The notes beneath the pieces were generated by a model. It was given only the letters and a program-made list of their open reading frames with translations, was not told where the DNA came from and searched no databases. The translations under genes and the position numbers were made by a program. Below are positions 27,861-36,307 of a DNA stretch of 64,000 nt, piece by piece. This stretch comes from Anaerolineae bacterium. Its GTDB lineage: Bacteria > Chloroflexota > Anaerolineae > Aggregatilineales > J027. Where the stretch lies: NCBI GenBank assembly GCA_034437655.1, contig DAOTTU010000055.1, forward strand, positions 19,001-83,000, read 5' to 3'. Numbering within the stretch: the stretch's first letter is position 1; each line of letters opens with the position of its first letter.

Positions 27861-29344
27861 CAACTTCGACCATGCCTGCTGCGCCTACGATGGCAGACCG
27901 CAGTGTTGCCGATTGGCGGAGCCTCGTCTTGTTTCTGTCTGTGGTCACTATGGGAGCGCTCTGGCTCGGGCCAGCACTTCAACGAGCGCTGACGTCAAGT
28001 ATCATGCAAGACCCTATCCCCATGCCCTTACACCATATGGTGTATATTGTGCTGGGTAATGCTTTATTTGGCCTGTTGCTGCGGCGCATGATGGTTGCCT
28101 ATCACCTTGACTTCGTGCAACAGCGCATTCCAGTACTCATCGGTGGCGTCATTGCGGTGTTAACTACGCTAGCACTCTCACCAACGTTGCTTGATGCGGG
28201 CAGTGGCGTTACCTTCGATTTTGCCGCTCAACTTGACATAACTCAGGAGACGACACCGGCCGGCGTGCTGCTCGCGCCGATTGCGCTGGCTAGCTATTCG
28301 CGTGGGTCATCAGCAGGGCGCTATCCGCCTGCGCCAGAAACAGTTACTTTACGCGGTAGACTCGGTATTGCGGTTTTCTTTCTGACAGCACTCGCCAGTG
28401 AACGCTCGATGCAAAGCGACATGGCCGTATTGTTGCCCATGTTCTTTGGTGCCATGCTGCTTGCCAGCGCTATGTCCCGGGCCGCTACGTTAAAACTGAG
28501 CAGCGAAGGGCGTAAACGTCACCTCGGTGGCTCATGGTTCGGTTTTCTGCTGCTCTCTACACTGACGGTCGTGTTGTTGAGCTTGCTAGTATCAGCACTC
28601 CTGGGTGGCGTGAATGAGGAACAGGTCCGGGCGATCCTGGCAATTCCGTTTACGATTGTTATAGGCCTCTTGATTATCGTCACCAGCCCCTTTGCTTATG
28701 TGGTTTCCTATTTGATTGGGCAATTTGATTTCGCTGACGAAGCGCCACCACAAGAAGACATTGTTGCACCCAATCAAGAGACACCGCCTTCTGCCGATAA
28801 CCCGCAAATCGACATTGGCGACGAAATCCGCGCCGTGTTTAGTTTCTTAACCGACTCGCTGCTAATTTCAATGGCGTTGATCGCGATAGTGGCTGTTGTG
28901 GTGTTCTGGGTTGCGTTCTTTTTACTGCCAGAAAACCAGAACCTCGATGAAGAAACGCGCGAAGACATTGGTGATCGTGAAAAGGTGGGCAACATTGGCA
29001 ATGCGCTGGCCAGGCAATTCCGCAAATTGGGAGATGCGCTAAATAATCTGACGCAGTTCGGTGCCGGGCGTGACCTGTTCGCCGCCTTTACCGTCCGCTG
29101 GGCATATACTCGCATGGAACGGATGGGTAAAAAGCGCGGTTTTCCACGCATTAAGTCGCAAACGCCCTATGAATACCAGACGCAATTGCATCAAGCATTC
29201 CCGGGCGGCGGTTCCAGCGTAAAGACGATTACCAATGCATATGTAGCGATTCGCTACGGTGAAGTGCCAGAAAATGAACAGGAATTGAATGCTGTTCGTG
29301 ATGCGCTTGACCATCTGAAGACACTCAGCGCCAGCTCCAAATAA
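27857..29344 (+). CDS. Polytopic membrane protein with C-terminal DUF4129-like domain (no transglutaminase core)
   Basis: ATGA overlap with the DUF58 gene. Many TM helices. C-terminal AYTRMERMG..TPYEYQTQL..YVAIRYGE pattern as in DUF4129. The 495-aa product contains no cysteine. Confidence 0.65.
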   Translation: MTTSTMPAAPTMADRSVADWRSLVLFLSVVTMGALWLGPALQRALTSSIMQDPIPMPLHHMVYIVLGNALFGLLLRRMMVAYHLDFVQQRIPVLIGGVIAVLTTLALSPTLLDAGSGVTFDFAAQLDITQETTPAGVLLAPIALASYSRGSSAGRYPPAPETVTLRGRLGIAVFFLTALASERSMQSDMAVLLPMFFGAMLLASAMSRAATLKLSSEGRKRHLGGSWFGFLLLSTLTVVLLSLLVSALLGGVNEEQVRAILAIPFTIVIGLLIIVTSPFAYVVSYLIGQFDFADEAPPQEDIVAPNQETPPSADNPQIDIGDEIRAVFSFLTDSLLISMALIAIVAVVVFWVAFFLLPENQNLDEETREDIGDREKVGNIGNALARQFRKLGDALNNLTQFGAGRDLFAAFTVRWAYTRMERMGKKRGFPRIKSQTPYEYQTQLHQAFPGGGSSVKTITNAYVAIRYGEVPENEQELNAVRDALDHLKTLSASSK

Positions 29345-29426
29345 GCAACCATAACCACAAAGGCGGCCGTACCGTGCAACAGTACAAGCCACCTCACCGG
29401 TAATACTCTCAAAGCCGTGATTCTCG

Positions 29427-31061
29427 CTAACTTGTGGCCGCCGCGCGATTATTACGGCTGATGTAGCCTTCGTAGTCGTAATAGTAGTATTGATAGAGCA
29501 TGGCACGCCCAGAGATAGCGTTCAGGACGATACCAATTGGTGGGTTTTCAATCTGAAGAAACTGGTCAATTGTGCGTTGCAGTTGGGTACGGTGCGTTTT
29601 GCCAGCTTCAACAACAACAACTGGGGCAGCATCAGTACGCGAACTGATCGCCAGACTATCTACCACCGCATTTACAGGCGGCGAGTCAAAGACAATCATA
29701 TCTACGCCTTCTGCTTCCAGTGAGGCACATAGAATGTTGAGATGTTCGAGCCCGAAAAGCTGAGAGGGGTTCGACGGCCGAGGTCCCGTTGTGATGATCT
29801 TTAGATTTGGGTCATCGGTATCTTTGATAATTGCCGCCAATTGTTCCCAGGTATAGAGGTCTTCTGGTAGCGGCTGTTTGAAGATACTGCTAAGCCCGAC
29901 ACGATTGTCTGCCTCAAAGAATTTGTGTACCTGTGGACGATAGAAGTCGGCGTCAATGAGTACAGTGAACAGTTGGTGTTCAGCGAAAGCCGCTGCAGTA
30001 TTGCCAGCCGTAACCGTTTTACCTTCACCCATTCGGGAACTGGTAACAATCAGGCGACGTGGTGCAGACTCACCCGAACCAAACAAAAGGTTTGTACGCA
30101 TTGAACGATACGCCTGCACGGGTGATGAATTAGGCGCTGTGATGACGACGAGCTTTTCCCGATAGCTGGCATTTTTCTTACCAAACTGCGGTATACCTGC
30201 CAGTACGGGTAAGTCTGTCGCTCCACGCAAGTCGCTTGGCGAACGCATCGTATCGTCAAAATACTCATAAACTGCGACGAGACCCCCTGCCAGTATCAGA
30301 CCAACAATACCAGCAATGAGCGCTTGCCGTTCGGCATTGTTCGGTATTGGTGCTTGCGGTACCTGTGCAGTTTCCACAACACTCAAGGTATTTGTCGCAA
30401 GACGGAAGTTATTCAATATAAGGGTGTAATTCGTTATGATCTGACGCGAATCAATAATCTGCTGGTTTAACTGATCTCGCCGCGCACGCTGCTCGTCCAC
30501 ATCTGGTGCGTCAGGGTTGTTCTCAATGTACCCATTAATAACTTGAACTTCACTGCGTAGTCCATCAATTTCCTCATTAAGGAGGTCAATATCATCTTCA
30601 ATCTGCTCCCGACGTTCAGCATCATCCGGGTTCAGTGCTGTCGGACTCGACGCGATTAGCTGAGTGGCAACTTCATTCGCAATGCTGGCGGCCAATACAG
30701 GACTTTGATTGGTCACGGTAATCTCCAGTAGTGAGGTTTCTTCGACAATCGAGGTTCTAATTTGCCCCCGAAGTGCCCCGGGATTAATGTTTAACCCTAA
30801 GCTCTCTACAGTGGCCTCCAGAATAGGCCGCACAGTTACCAAATTTGAATATGTCAGTGCAAGTTGATTACTGGTGAAAATCTCATTCCCACCTGGATTG
30901 GGATCCTGCGTGTAACCACCAATAAATAATCTGGTCTGAGCCCGATAGACAGATGGATTATTACTAACATTGATATAGGTCACACCGGCTGCAATGGCTG
31001 CAAAAATTATAAACAACCACCACCAGCGCACACCAATGTAAATTGCGTATCGAAGTTCCAA
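29427..31061 (-). CDS. Polysaccharide co-polymerase / BY-type tyrosine autokinase (Wzz domain + CpsD-like ATPase)
   Basis: N-terminal TM plus coiled-coil Wzz region, second TM, Walker A SSRMGEGKTVT, A' VLIDADFYRP, Walker B MIVFDSPPV, C-terminal Tyr cluster YQYYYYDYEGY. TTG start 6 nt after GAGGT. Confidence 0.85.
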   Translation of the reverse strand: MELRYAIYIGVRWWWLFIIFAAIAAGVTYINVSNNPSVYRAQTRLFIGGYTQDPNPGGNEIFTSNQLALTYSNLVTVRPILEATVESLGLNINPGALRGQIRTSIVEETSLLEITVTNQSPVLAASIANEVATQLIASSPTALNPDDAERREQIEDDIDLLNEEIDGLRSEVQVINGYIENNPDAPDVDEQRARRDQLNQQIIDSRQIITNYTLILNNFRLATNTLSVVETAQVPQAPIPNNAERQALIAGIVGLILAGGLVAVYEYFDDTMRSPSDLRGATDLPVLAGIPQFGKKNASYREKLVVITAPNSSPVQAYRSMRTNLLFGSGESAPRRLIVTSSRMGEGKTVTAGNTAAAFAEHQLFTVLIDADFYRPQVHKFFEADNRVGLSSIFKQPLPEDLYTWEQLAAIIKDTDDPNLKIITTGPRPSNPSQLFGLEHLNILCASLEAEGVDMIVFDSPPVNAVVDSLAISSRTDAAPVVVVEAGKTHRTQLQRTIDQFLQIENPPIGIVLNAISGRAMLYQYYYYDYEGYISRNNRAAATS

Positions 31062-31168
31062 GAGTAGCTTACCTCAATTGCTAGATGGGCTAGATGTCAT
31101 TCTTAAAAACTCGGCCCATTATAGAGGAGCGATCATTGCATCGCTAGCGTAAAATAACACCAGAAATC

Positions 31169-31195
31169 GTTGTTCTGTGAACAGAAGCTAACAAC
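31169..31195. repeat. Inverted repeat GTTGTTCTGT-GA-ACAGAA(gct)AACAAC upstream of the ZIP gene
   Basis: Core TTCTGT/ACAGAA is a perfect 6-bp IR with a 2-nt spacer. The outer GTTGT/ACAAC arms pair across a 3-nt bulge. Confidence 0.6.
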
Positions 31196-31248
31196 AACAT
31201 ACATTTTCACAGCGTTCTGTATGTGCTATTTCGATTGAAAAGCCGTGA

Positions 31249-31265
31249 CTTATGCTACGCATAAG
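31249..31265. repeat. Perfect 7-bp inverted repeat CTTATGC-TAC-GCATAAG
   Basis: Read directly from the sequence. Followed by ATTTTGC. Lies about 100 nt upstream of the ZIP start codon. Confidence 0.6.
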
Positions 31266-31365
31266 ATTTTGCTCCCGGCACATCTTACCCAACTCAAAGG
31301 TTGATATGACATAGTGGATCATAGATTTATAACAGAAGCACAGAGGAGAAGTGTAGTCAATTACT

Positions 31366-32244
31366 ATGACTGAATCTAACACAACAATTGAGCGGCCAGA
31401 AGAAAACAAACTTCTCGACGGCATTGGCGCTATCGTTATCTTCCTCGGCGTTGTCATTCTGGCCTATTGGGTCGGCAATTCAATGGCAAACGGTGACGTC
31501 GAAGTATGGCATGTCTTCATTGCCGCATCTATCACCGCAATTGCCACGGGTTTTGGCGCATTGCCATTTCTATTTGTTGATGAACTATCGGAGCGGTGGC
31601 TTGGCATCGGGAATGCACTCGCCGCAGGCTTGATGCTCGGTGCGAGTATCGGGCTCGTTATCGAAGCGATCACAATTGAAGATGTTGGCCAACCCGTACT
31701 GCGTATGGCCATCGGTGTTGTGATTGGCGTTATCCTTGTGTTTACAGCCCAAACCCTCCTTGAACACCGCGATGAGGACTTTTCCATCGGGCAGGTGCAG
31801 GGAGCCAGCGCCGTTCAAATGCTGCTTATTGTCGGCGTCATGACGGCGCATTCATTTGCAGAAGGCATTGGTGTCGGTGTTTCTTATGGAGACGGCAACG
31901 CCTTTGGGGCGTTTATATCCGTTGCCATTGCGGTTCACAACATTCCAGAAGGCTTAGCCATCAGCCTGGTGTTGATTCCAAGAGGGACCAGTGTACTTCG
32001 GTCGGCGCTCTGGAGCATGTTCAGCAGTATCCCCCAACCCCTAATGGCAGTACCTGCATTTCTATTCGTACTCGTTTTTCGCCCCTTGTTACCTGTTGGG
32101 CTTGGATTAGCTGCGGGGGCTATGTTTTGGATGGTTTTCCGAGAATTGATGCCCGAAGCGCAAGAGCATATCAGTAACCGCACCCTTTATCCGGTCATGA
32201 CGATCGCCGTGATTGGAATGTTAGCGTTTCAATTCTTCATCTAG
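31366..32244 (+). CDS. ZIP-family divalent metal transporter (ZupT-like)
   Basis: 8-TM profile. HSFAEGIGVG and HNIPEGLAIS motifs. Confidence 0.85.
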   Translation: MTESNTTIERPEENKLLDGIGAIVIFLGVVILAYWVGNSMANGDVEVWHVFIAASITAIATGFGALPFLFVDELSERWLGIGNALAAGLMLGASIGLVIEAITIEDVGQPVLRMAIGVVIGVILVFTAQTLLEHRDEDFSIGQVQGASAVQMLLIVGVMTAHSFAEGIGVGVSYGDGNAFGAFISVAIAVHNIPEGLAISLVLIPRGTSVLRSALWSMFSSIPQPLMAVPAFLFVLVFRPLLPVGLGLAAGAMFWMVFRELMPEAQEHISNRTLYPVMTIAVIGMLAFQFFI

Positions 32245-34181
32245 TCGAGTGAAATCGTAAACCACTGCTCGACATAGCGCCCTTGCTCATCAACAAGCGG
32301 AATGTTGCTGAAGGTTGTATCTTGCAGGGTATAGAGTCCGATACGCAATTCTGAAAGTCCACTCTGCGTAAATGGTGCTTTAAAATACACCACATCCCCC
32401 GCTTGCCATGCGCTTTCAGCCAGCAATGGCAGGTCTACCTGTTGAATGCGCTCTCCCGCTGGGCTGATACCGTGTGCAAAGATGATCGGTAGTGTGTCTG
32501 CTTGTCCCGCAGGAACACGCCAGCGTAGTGTCAGCACTTCATCTGCCAGGCTCCAGGCTTCCAGCGCTACGCCGTTTGCGTAAGCTGCTCTGACAGGCTG
32601 CCATGCCACAGACAACTCAACTGCGAATTGTGGCCAAAAGTGATATGCGGATTCATCGGCACGGGCCGGGAATGTAGCTATATCTGGCTGGCTACTGATA
32701 GGCGTGAACCAATCATTTTCCAGCGAGACAGCAGATGTCACCAGCAGTGCTGCCGGCTGAGAAGACTCAAGCCATAGATGTTCAGGTGCAAGAAAATCCA
32801 CTTGCGGCACAGCGTCCAACAACACATCCCAGACCGCCGGCCCTTCGTCAAATTGGGGTGAAGTCCCTTCACTGACGACGATAACACGCGCCGTGTCTGC
32901 ATCAAGCACATGCTGCCGTACGTCAAGCTGATAATGTAGCGGTGTGCCAAACCCACCATCCGTGTAGTTGACATCCAAAAAACCGAGTAAATCGCGAAAG
33001 ACAGCGGTTTGTACCAGCGCAAAGCTCATCACCCCAACCACCAGCACTGCACGCCCAACGATTCGATCACGCGCCACAGCCTCAACCACCGCCACCAACC
33101 CTGCACCAATTACTATATATGCCGCTGGTAACATCGGGATCATGTAATGCGGTTGCGGTTCGGCCCAGGTGTAGACAAAGGTCAGCACAGGCACGACCAC
33201 CCACGCTACCCATACGCCCCACTTTGCGTCATGTCGCCGCCATGCCAGAACACTACCACCCAATAGCGTCACCACCAATATAATCGGCAAAAGTTCGAAC
33301 AGTGGCGTATAGTCCGGCACACTATCAAGATAGGATTGAAACGCATCCGGCCCCGCGAGGGAATGCAGATTTGTGCCTGCCACACTAAACCAGGCATGAT
33401 CCAACGCGGTGCTACTAAGCTCACGGGTACGTTCGGCCTCTTCAGCATTGCCGCTGGCCAAGCTATCGCGCAGTGCTGCAATACTGAGCAGGTCAGCATC
33501 ATAGAGTCCATACAAATACGGCAAACTGACCAGACCTGCCACTACAGTTCCGACCACAAATACCCAACGCACACGCCGCCATGCCAGCACAAGCATCACG
33601 CCGGTAACGGGAATCAATGACACTGCGCCAAAATGTATCTGTACGGTCAGCGCCAAGAGTGGCAAATGTAGCACTTGCGCCCAACGTTTGCCTTCGAGAA
33701 AGCCAAGCAATCCTGTGAACACTGTCAGGATAACGAATGGGGCTAGCATATCCTGTGCCCAGATTTTGCGCGAATAGATCACCGCCCACGGACTTGCTGC
33801 ATAGAGTATCCCGGCAATAAAAGCTGTGCTTGCACCGAAATATCGATATGTCATGCGCCACAGGAGGGCTACTGCGATGATATTTAGAAATGCGATGAAC
33901 AGCGTGGCGATAAGCGGATTGTCGCTAACCGCATAGGGAATTGCCAGCAGATACACATTTATTGGCGCGTTAGGATACCCCACCGAGGAGCCAATCCCTA
34001 ACAAGGGAATCTCACCACTCTGCGCAAAGTCCAGCGCCAGCCGCGAGAGGGTCGCCTCGTCGCGCTTAAACTCAACAATTCCCGTTTGCCCCAAACGCAA
34101 AAACGCCGCCAGCAACAGGATCACCAGCACGGCAACCCAATTGAGGCGACGTTGTTGGGCAGGCTGCATGGTAGGGCCCAC
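32241..34181 (-). CDS. GT-C fold glycosyltransferase (ArnT/PMT-like), paralogue-like to 9419..11329
   Basis: First-loop motif VEFKRDEATLS, about 11 TM helices, soluble C-terminal beta-rich domain. GTG 34181 lies 10 nt after GGAGGAGGA and 3 nt after the upstream stop. Confidence 0.75.
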   Translation of the reverse strand: MGPTMQPAQQRRLNWVAVLVILLLAAFLRLGQTGIVEFKRDEATLSRLALDFAQSGEIPLLGIGSSVGYPNAPINVYLLAIPYAVSDNPLIATLFIAFLNIIAVALLWRMTYRYFGASTAFIAGILYAASPWAVIYSRKIWAQDMLAPFVILTVFTGLLGFLEGKRWAQVLHLPLLALTVQIHFGAVSLIPVTGVMLVLAWRRVRWVFVVGTVVAGLVSLPYLYGLYDADLLSIAALRDSLASGNAEEAERTRELSSTALDHAWFSVAGTNLHSLAGPDAFQSYLDSVPDYTPLFELLPIILVVTLLGGSVLAWRRHDAKWGVWVAWVVVPVLTFVYTWAEPQPHYMIPMLPAAYIVIGAGLVAVVEAVARDRIVGRAVLVVGVMSFALVQTAVFRDLLGFLDVNYTDGGFGTPLHYQLDVRQHVLDADTARVIVVSEGTSPQFDEGPAVWDVLLDAVPQVDFLAPEHLWLESSQPAALLVTSAVSLENDWFTPISSQPDIATFPARADESAYHFWPQFAVELSVAWQPVRAAYANGVALEAWSLADEVLTLRWRVPAGQADTLPIIFAHGISPAGERIQQVDLPLLAESAWQAGDVVYFKAPFTQSGLSELRIGLYTLQDTTFSNIPLVDEQGRYVEQWFTISLD

Positions 34182-34184
34182 GCC

Positions 34185-35912
34185 CTAGCTATCCTCCTCC
34201 GAACGGACGAAATGCTGCCAGGGGCCGTGCATCCCTTCTTCAGTCACACCGTAATAGACGCGGATGTCATTGTTATCGTATTGTGCCAGATCATAGCGAA
34301 AGTCTTTGCCACGCTGATAGGTCTTCACCAGCCCAATCTCGCCTTTCCATTGCACATCTTTGCGCGTCAGCTTGCGGTTTTCATGCTCTAAAATCGCGTA
34401 ATGCCAGAGCCGACGGGCCGAAGAACGGGTGACATTATGAACCGTGTTGCCGTTACGTAAATCGCGCACCGTATGATAGAGGCGGTTGTTGCGCTCTTCC
34501 GACGCAATAATTTCAACGCCAGTGCGTGGGGGGTCAACGGGTTTGGGTTTTGCCTTGCCGTTCTGTGACTCCGGGATTGCGGTTACATCAACACCTGTTA
34601 GCTGTTGTTCAGCGGCGGCACGGTGTTGCAAGCGTTGCACCATCTGCACAATTTCATCACGCACAGCCAGTCCCGTTTCGGTATCATCGCGCACATAGAT
34701 TTTGTTCTCATCAATAGCATAAGGAACATCCGGGCCACGGGCCACTTGAATACGGACAATGCTTTTGCCCTGGCTTTCCTGCGCGTCAATTTCAATGTCG
34801 AGCTTGGGCGTAACACGACGGTCTACTTCAGTGCGCAATTCGTCAATGGCCTGGCTAACATTGTCGATGCCAACCGGGGCTTTTTGCGGGTTGTCACTGA
34901 TACCGATATAGATCACACCGCCATTGGTGTTAGACATCGCGCACACATCCGAAATGATGCTGTAAAAATGACCGTTGCGGCGCGTCATCTGCTCATGAAA
35001 GGACTGAACGATGCTAGCCCCTTCTTCCCGAGCCGCTTGAATGTAGTCGTATGGATCACGCGAACTGCGATAGGGGCGTGTACGGGCAAAGTCTGTCCCC
35101 TGAAACATCTCAAGCAGCGCGTCAAATGACCGTTCTGGCAACAACACTTCTGTCACCCGGTCACCAATGCCCAGGTGCGACTTTTTTGCAGCATTCAAGC
35201 GATGCGCATTCGAGCCCTGAATACACCGCATTCGGCGCGGGTATTCGGGCTTAGAACCATCAAAAAAGCGGGCTGTTGTACGCCGCGAATTGCTTTCGAG
35301 GTCGGTCACGTCAAGGGCATGCAGGTAAGGGTCTTGTGTGTAGGCGATTTTTGTTTGCCCACCAAAGTCAAAGCCGCGCATGGCCACGCCATGTTCTTCG
35401 TTGGCATGGGCTGCAATGACGATGCCACCGCCTTCGTTGATTTTGCGGTACGACGATAATACGTCAGACGTCGCACCAGCGGAGGGGTTGCCCTGATCCA
35501 TAATGTCTGGTGAAACCCCAAGGCTCAGCAAAATGTGTTCGAGCTGGCGAATTGGGGTTGCGGGGGAGAAAATGCCGAGAATACGAAAGCCAAATGTCGC
35601 CGTGAATTTAAAGCCCGGTAATACAAGGATTTTGTCCAATAGGCGGCGATATTCAGCAAGTCGGCGTTGTTCTTCGGGTTCGGCGCGGTTGAGCTTTTCG
35701 AGAAAGGCGAGCTGTTCAATCTCACGGATCATCGATGCATAGCCGCGCACCGTGTTGTAGTCTGTAAAGGCGATAATATCAAGATGTCGCAGTTCGGCAC
35801 GGCGGAGGATGTCAATGTAATTGACACCGGGTTCCTGGTAATCCTGAGAACCGGGTGTGTGTATATGTAAATCCATCCGGTACCACTGCATCTTCGAACG
35901 CTTGGCAGCCAA
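34185..35912 (-). CDS. PHP-domain phosphoesterase fused to AlbA_2 (Schlafen-like) nucleic-acid-binding domain plus an unassigned C-terminal domain
   Basis: aa 12-240: PHP motifs [36 protein letters not shown]. aa about 300-425: AlbA_2 pattern [45 protein letters not shown]. aa about 460-565 are not recognised. TTG start 10 nt after GGAG. Confidence 0.65.
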   Translation of the reverse strand: MAAKRSKMQWYRMDLHIHTPGSQDYQEPGVNYIDILRRAELRHLDIIAFTDYNTVRGYASMIREIEQLAFLEKLNRAEPEEQRRLAEYRRLLDKILVLPGFKFTATFGFRILGIFSPATPIRQLEHILLSLGVSPDIMDQGNPSAGATSDVLSSYRKINEGGGIVIAAHANEEHGVAMRGFDFGGQTKIAYTQDPYLHALDVTDLESNSRRTTARFFDGSKPEYPRRMRCIQGSNAHRLNAAKKSHLGIGDRVTEVLLPERSFDALLEMFQGTDFARTRPYRSSRDPYDYIQAAREEGASIVQSFHEQMTRRNGHFYSIISDVCAMSNTNGGVIYIGISDNPQKAPVGIDNVSQAIDELRTEVDRRVTPKLDIEIDAQESQGKSIVRIQVARGPDVPYAIDENKIYVRDDTETGLAVRDEIVQMVQRLQHRAAAEQQLTGVDVTAIPESQNGKAKPKPVDPPRTGVEIIASEERNNRLYHTVRDLRNGNTVHNVTRSSARRLWHYAILEHENRKLTRKDVQWKGEIGLVKTYQRGKDFRYDLAQYDNNDIRVYYGVTEEGMHGPWQHFVRSEEDS

Positions 35913-35929
35913 TGGTAAGGCACTCCAGT

Positions 35930-36283
35930 TTAGGTTATCAAGGCGTTTAACTGCTCCGACAATTTACCAGGGTCATAGGGTTTGACCAGAAATAGATTGG
36001 CCCCGGCTTCGCGGGCCTCTTTGCCAACGTCACGCCCAGAGGCCATAATAATCGGGGTATCGGTAAATTGGTCAGACGCACGCAGCGAATGGACAAGATC
36101 AATGCCGGACATATCATTGAGATGGTAGTCAACCAGAAAAATGTCTGGCACAAATTGGTTTGCCGTTGCCATTGCTTTTTCGCCCCGTGCCACAATTTCA
36201 ACTTCAAAGCCATCCATTTCGAGCAACGTTTTGAGGAGTGACGTCGACGTATAATCGTCGTCAACAATCATTACTTTGGACAA
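35930..36283 (-). CDS. Single-domain response regulator (CheY-like receiver)
   Basis: VMIVDDD, phospho-acceptor context IFLVDYHLNDMSG, LFLVKPY. No output domain. TTG start 8 nt after AGGAG. Confidence 0.9.
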   Translation of the reverse strand: MSKVMIVDDDYTSTSLLKTLLEMDGFEVEIVARGEKAMATANQFVPDIFLVDYHLNDMSGIDLVHSLRASDQFTDTPIIMASGRDVGKEAREAGANLFLVKPYDPGKLSEQLNALIT

Positions 36284-36307
36284 GGCGCAATCTCCTGTCT
36301 TGGCACA

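Noticed and set aside
31188-31457. 89-aa minus-strand ORF overlapping the ZIP transporter start and its promoter region.
   Set aside because: It has no RBS, an implausible composition, and it overlaps a well-supported gene start. It is treated as non-coding.
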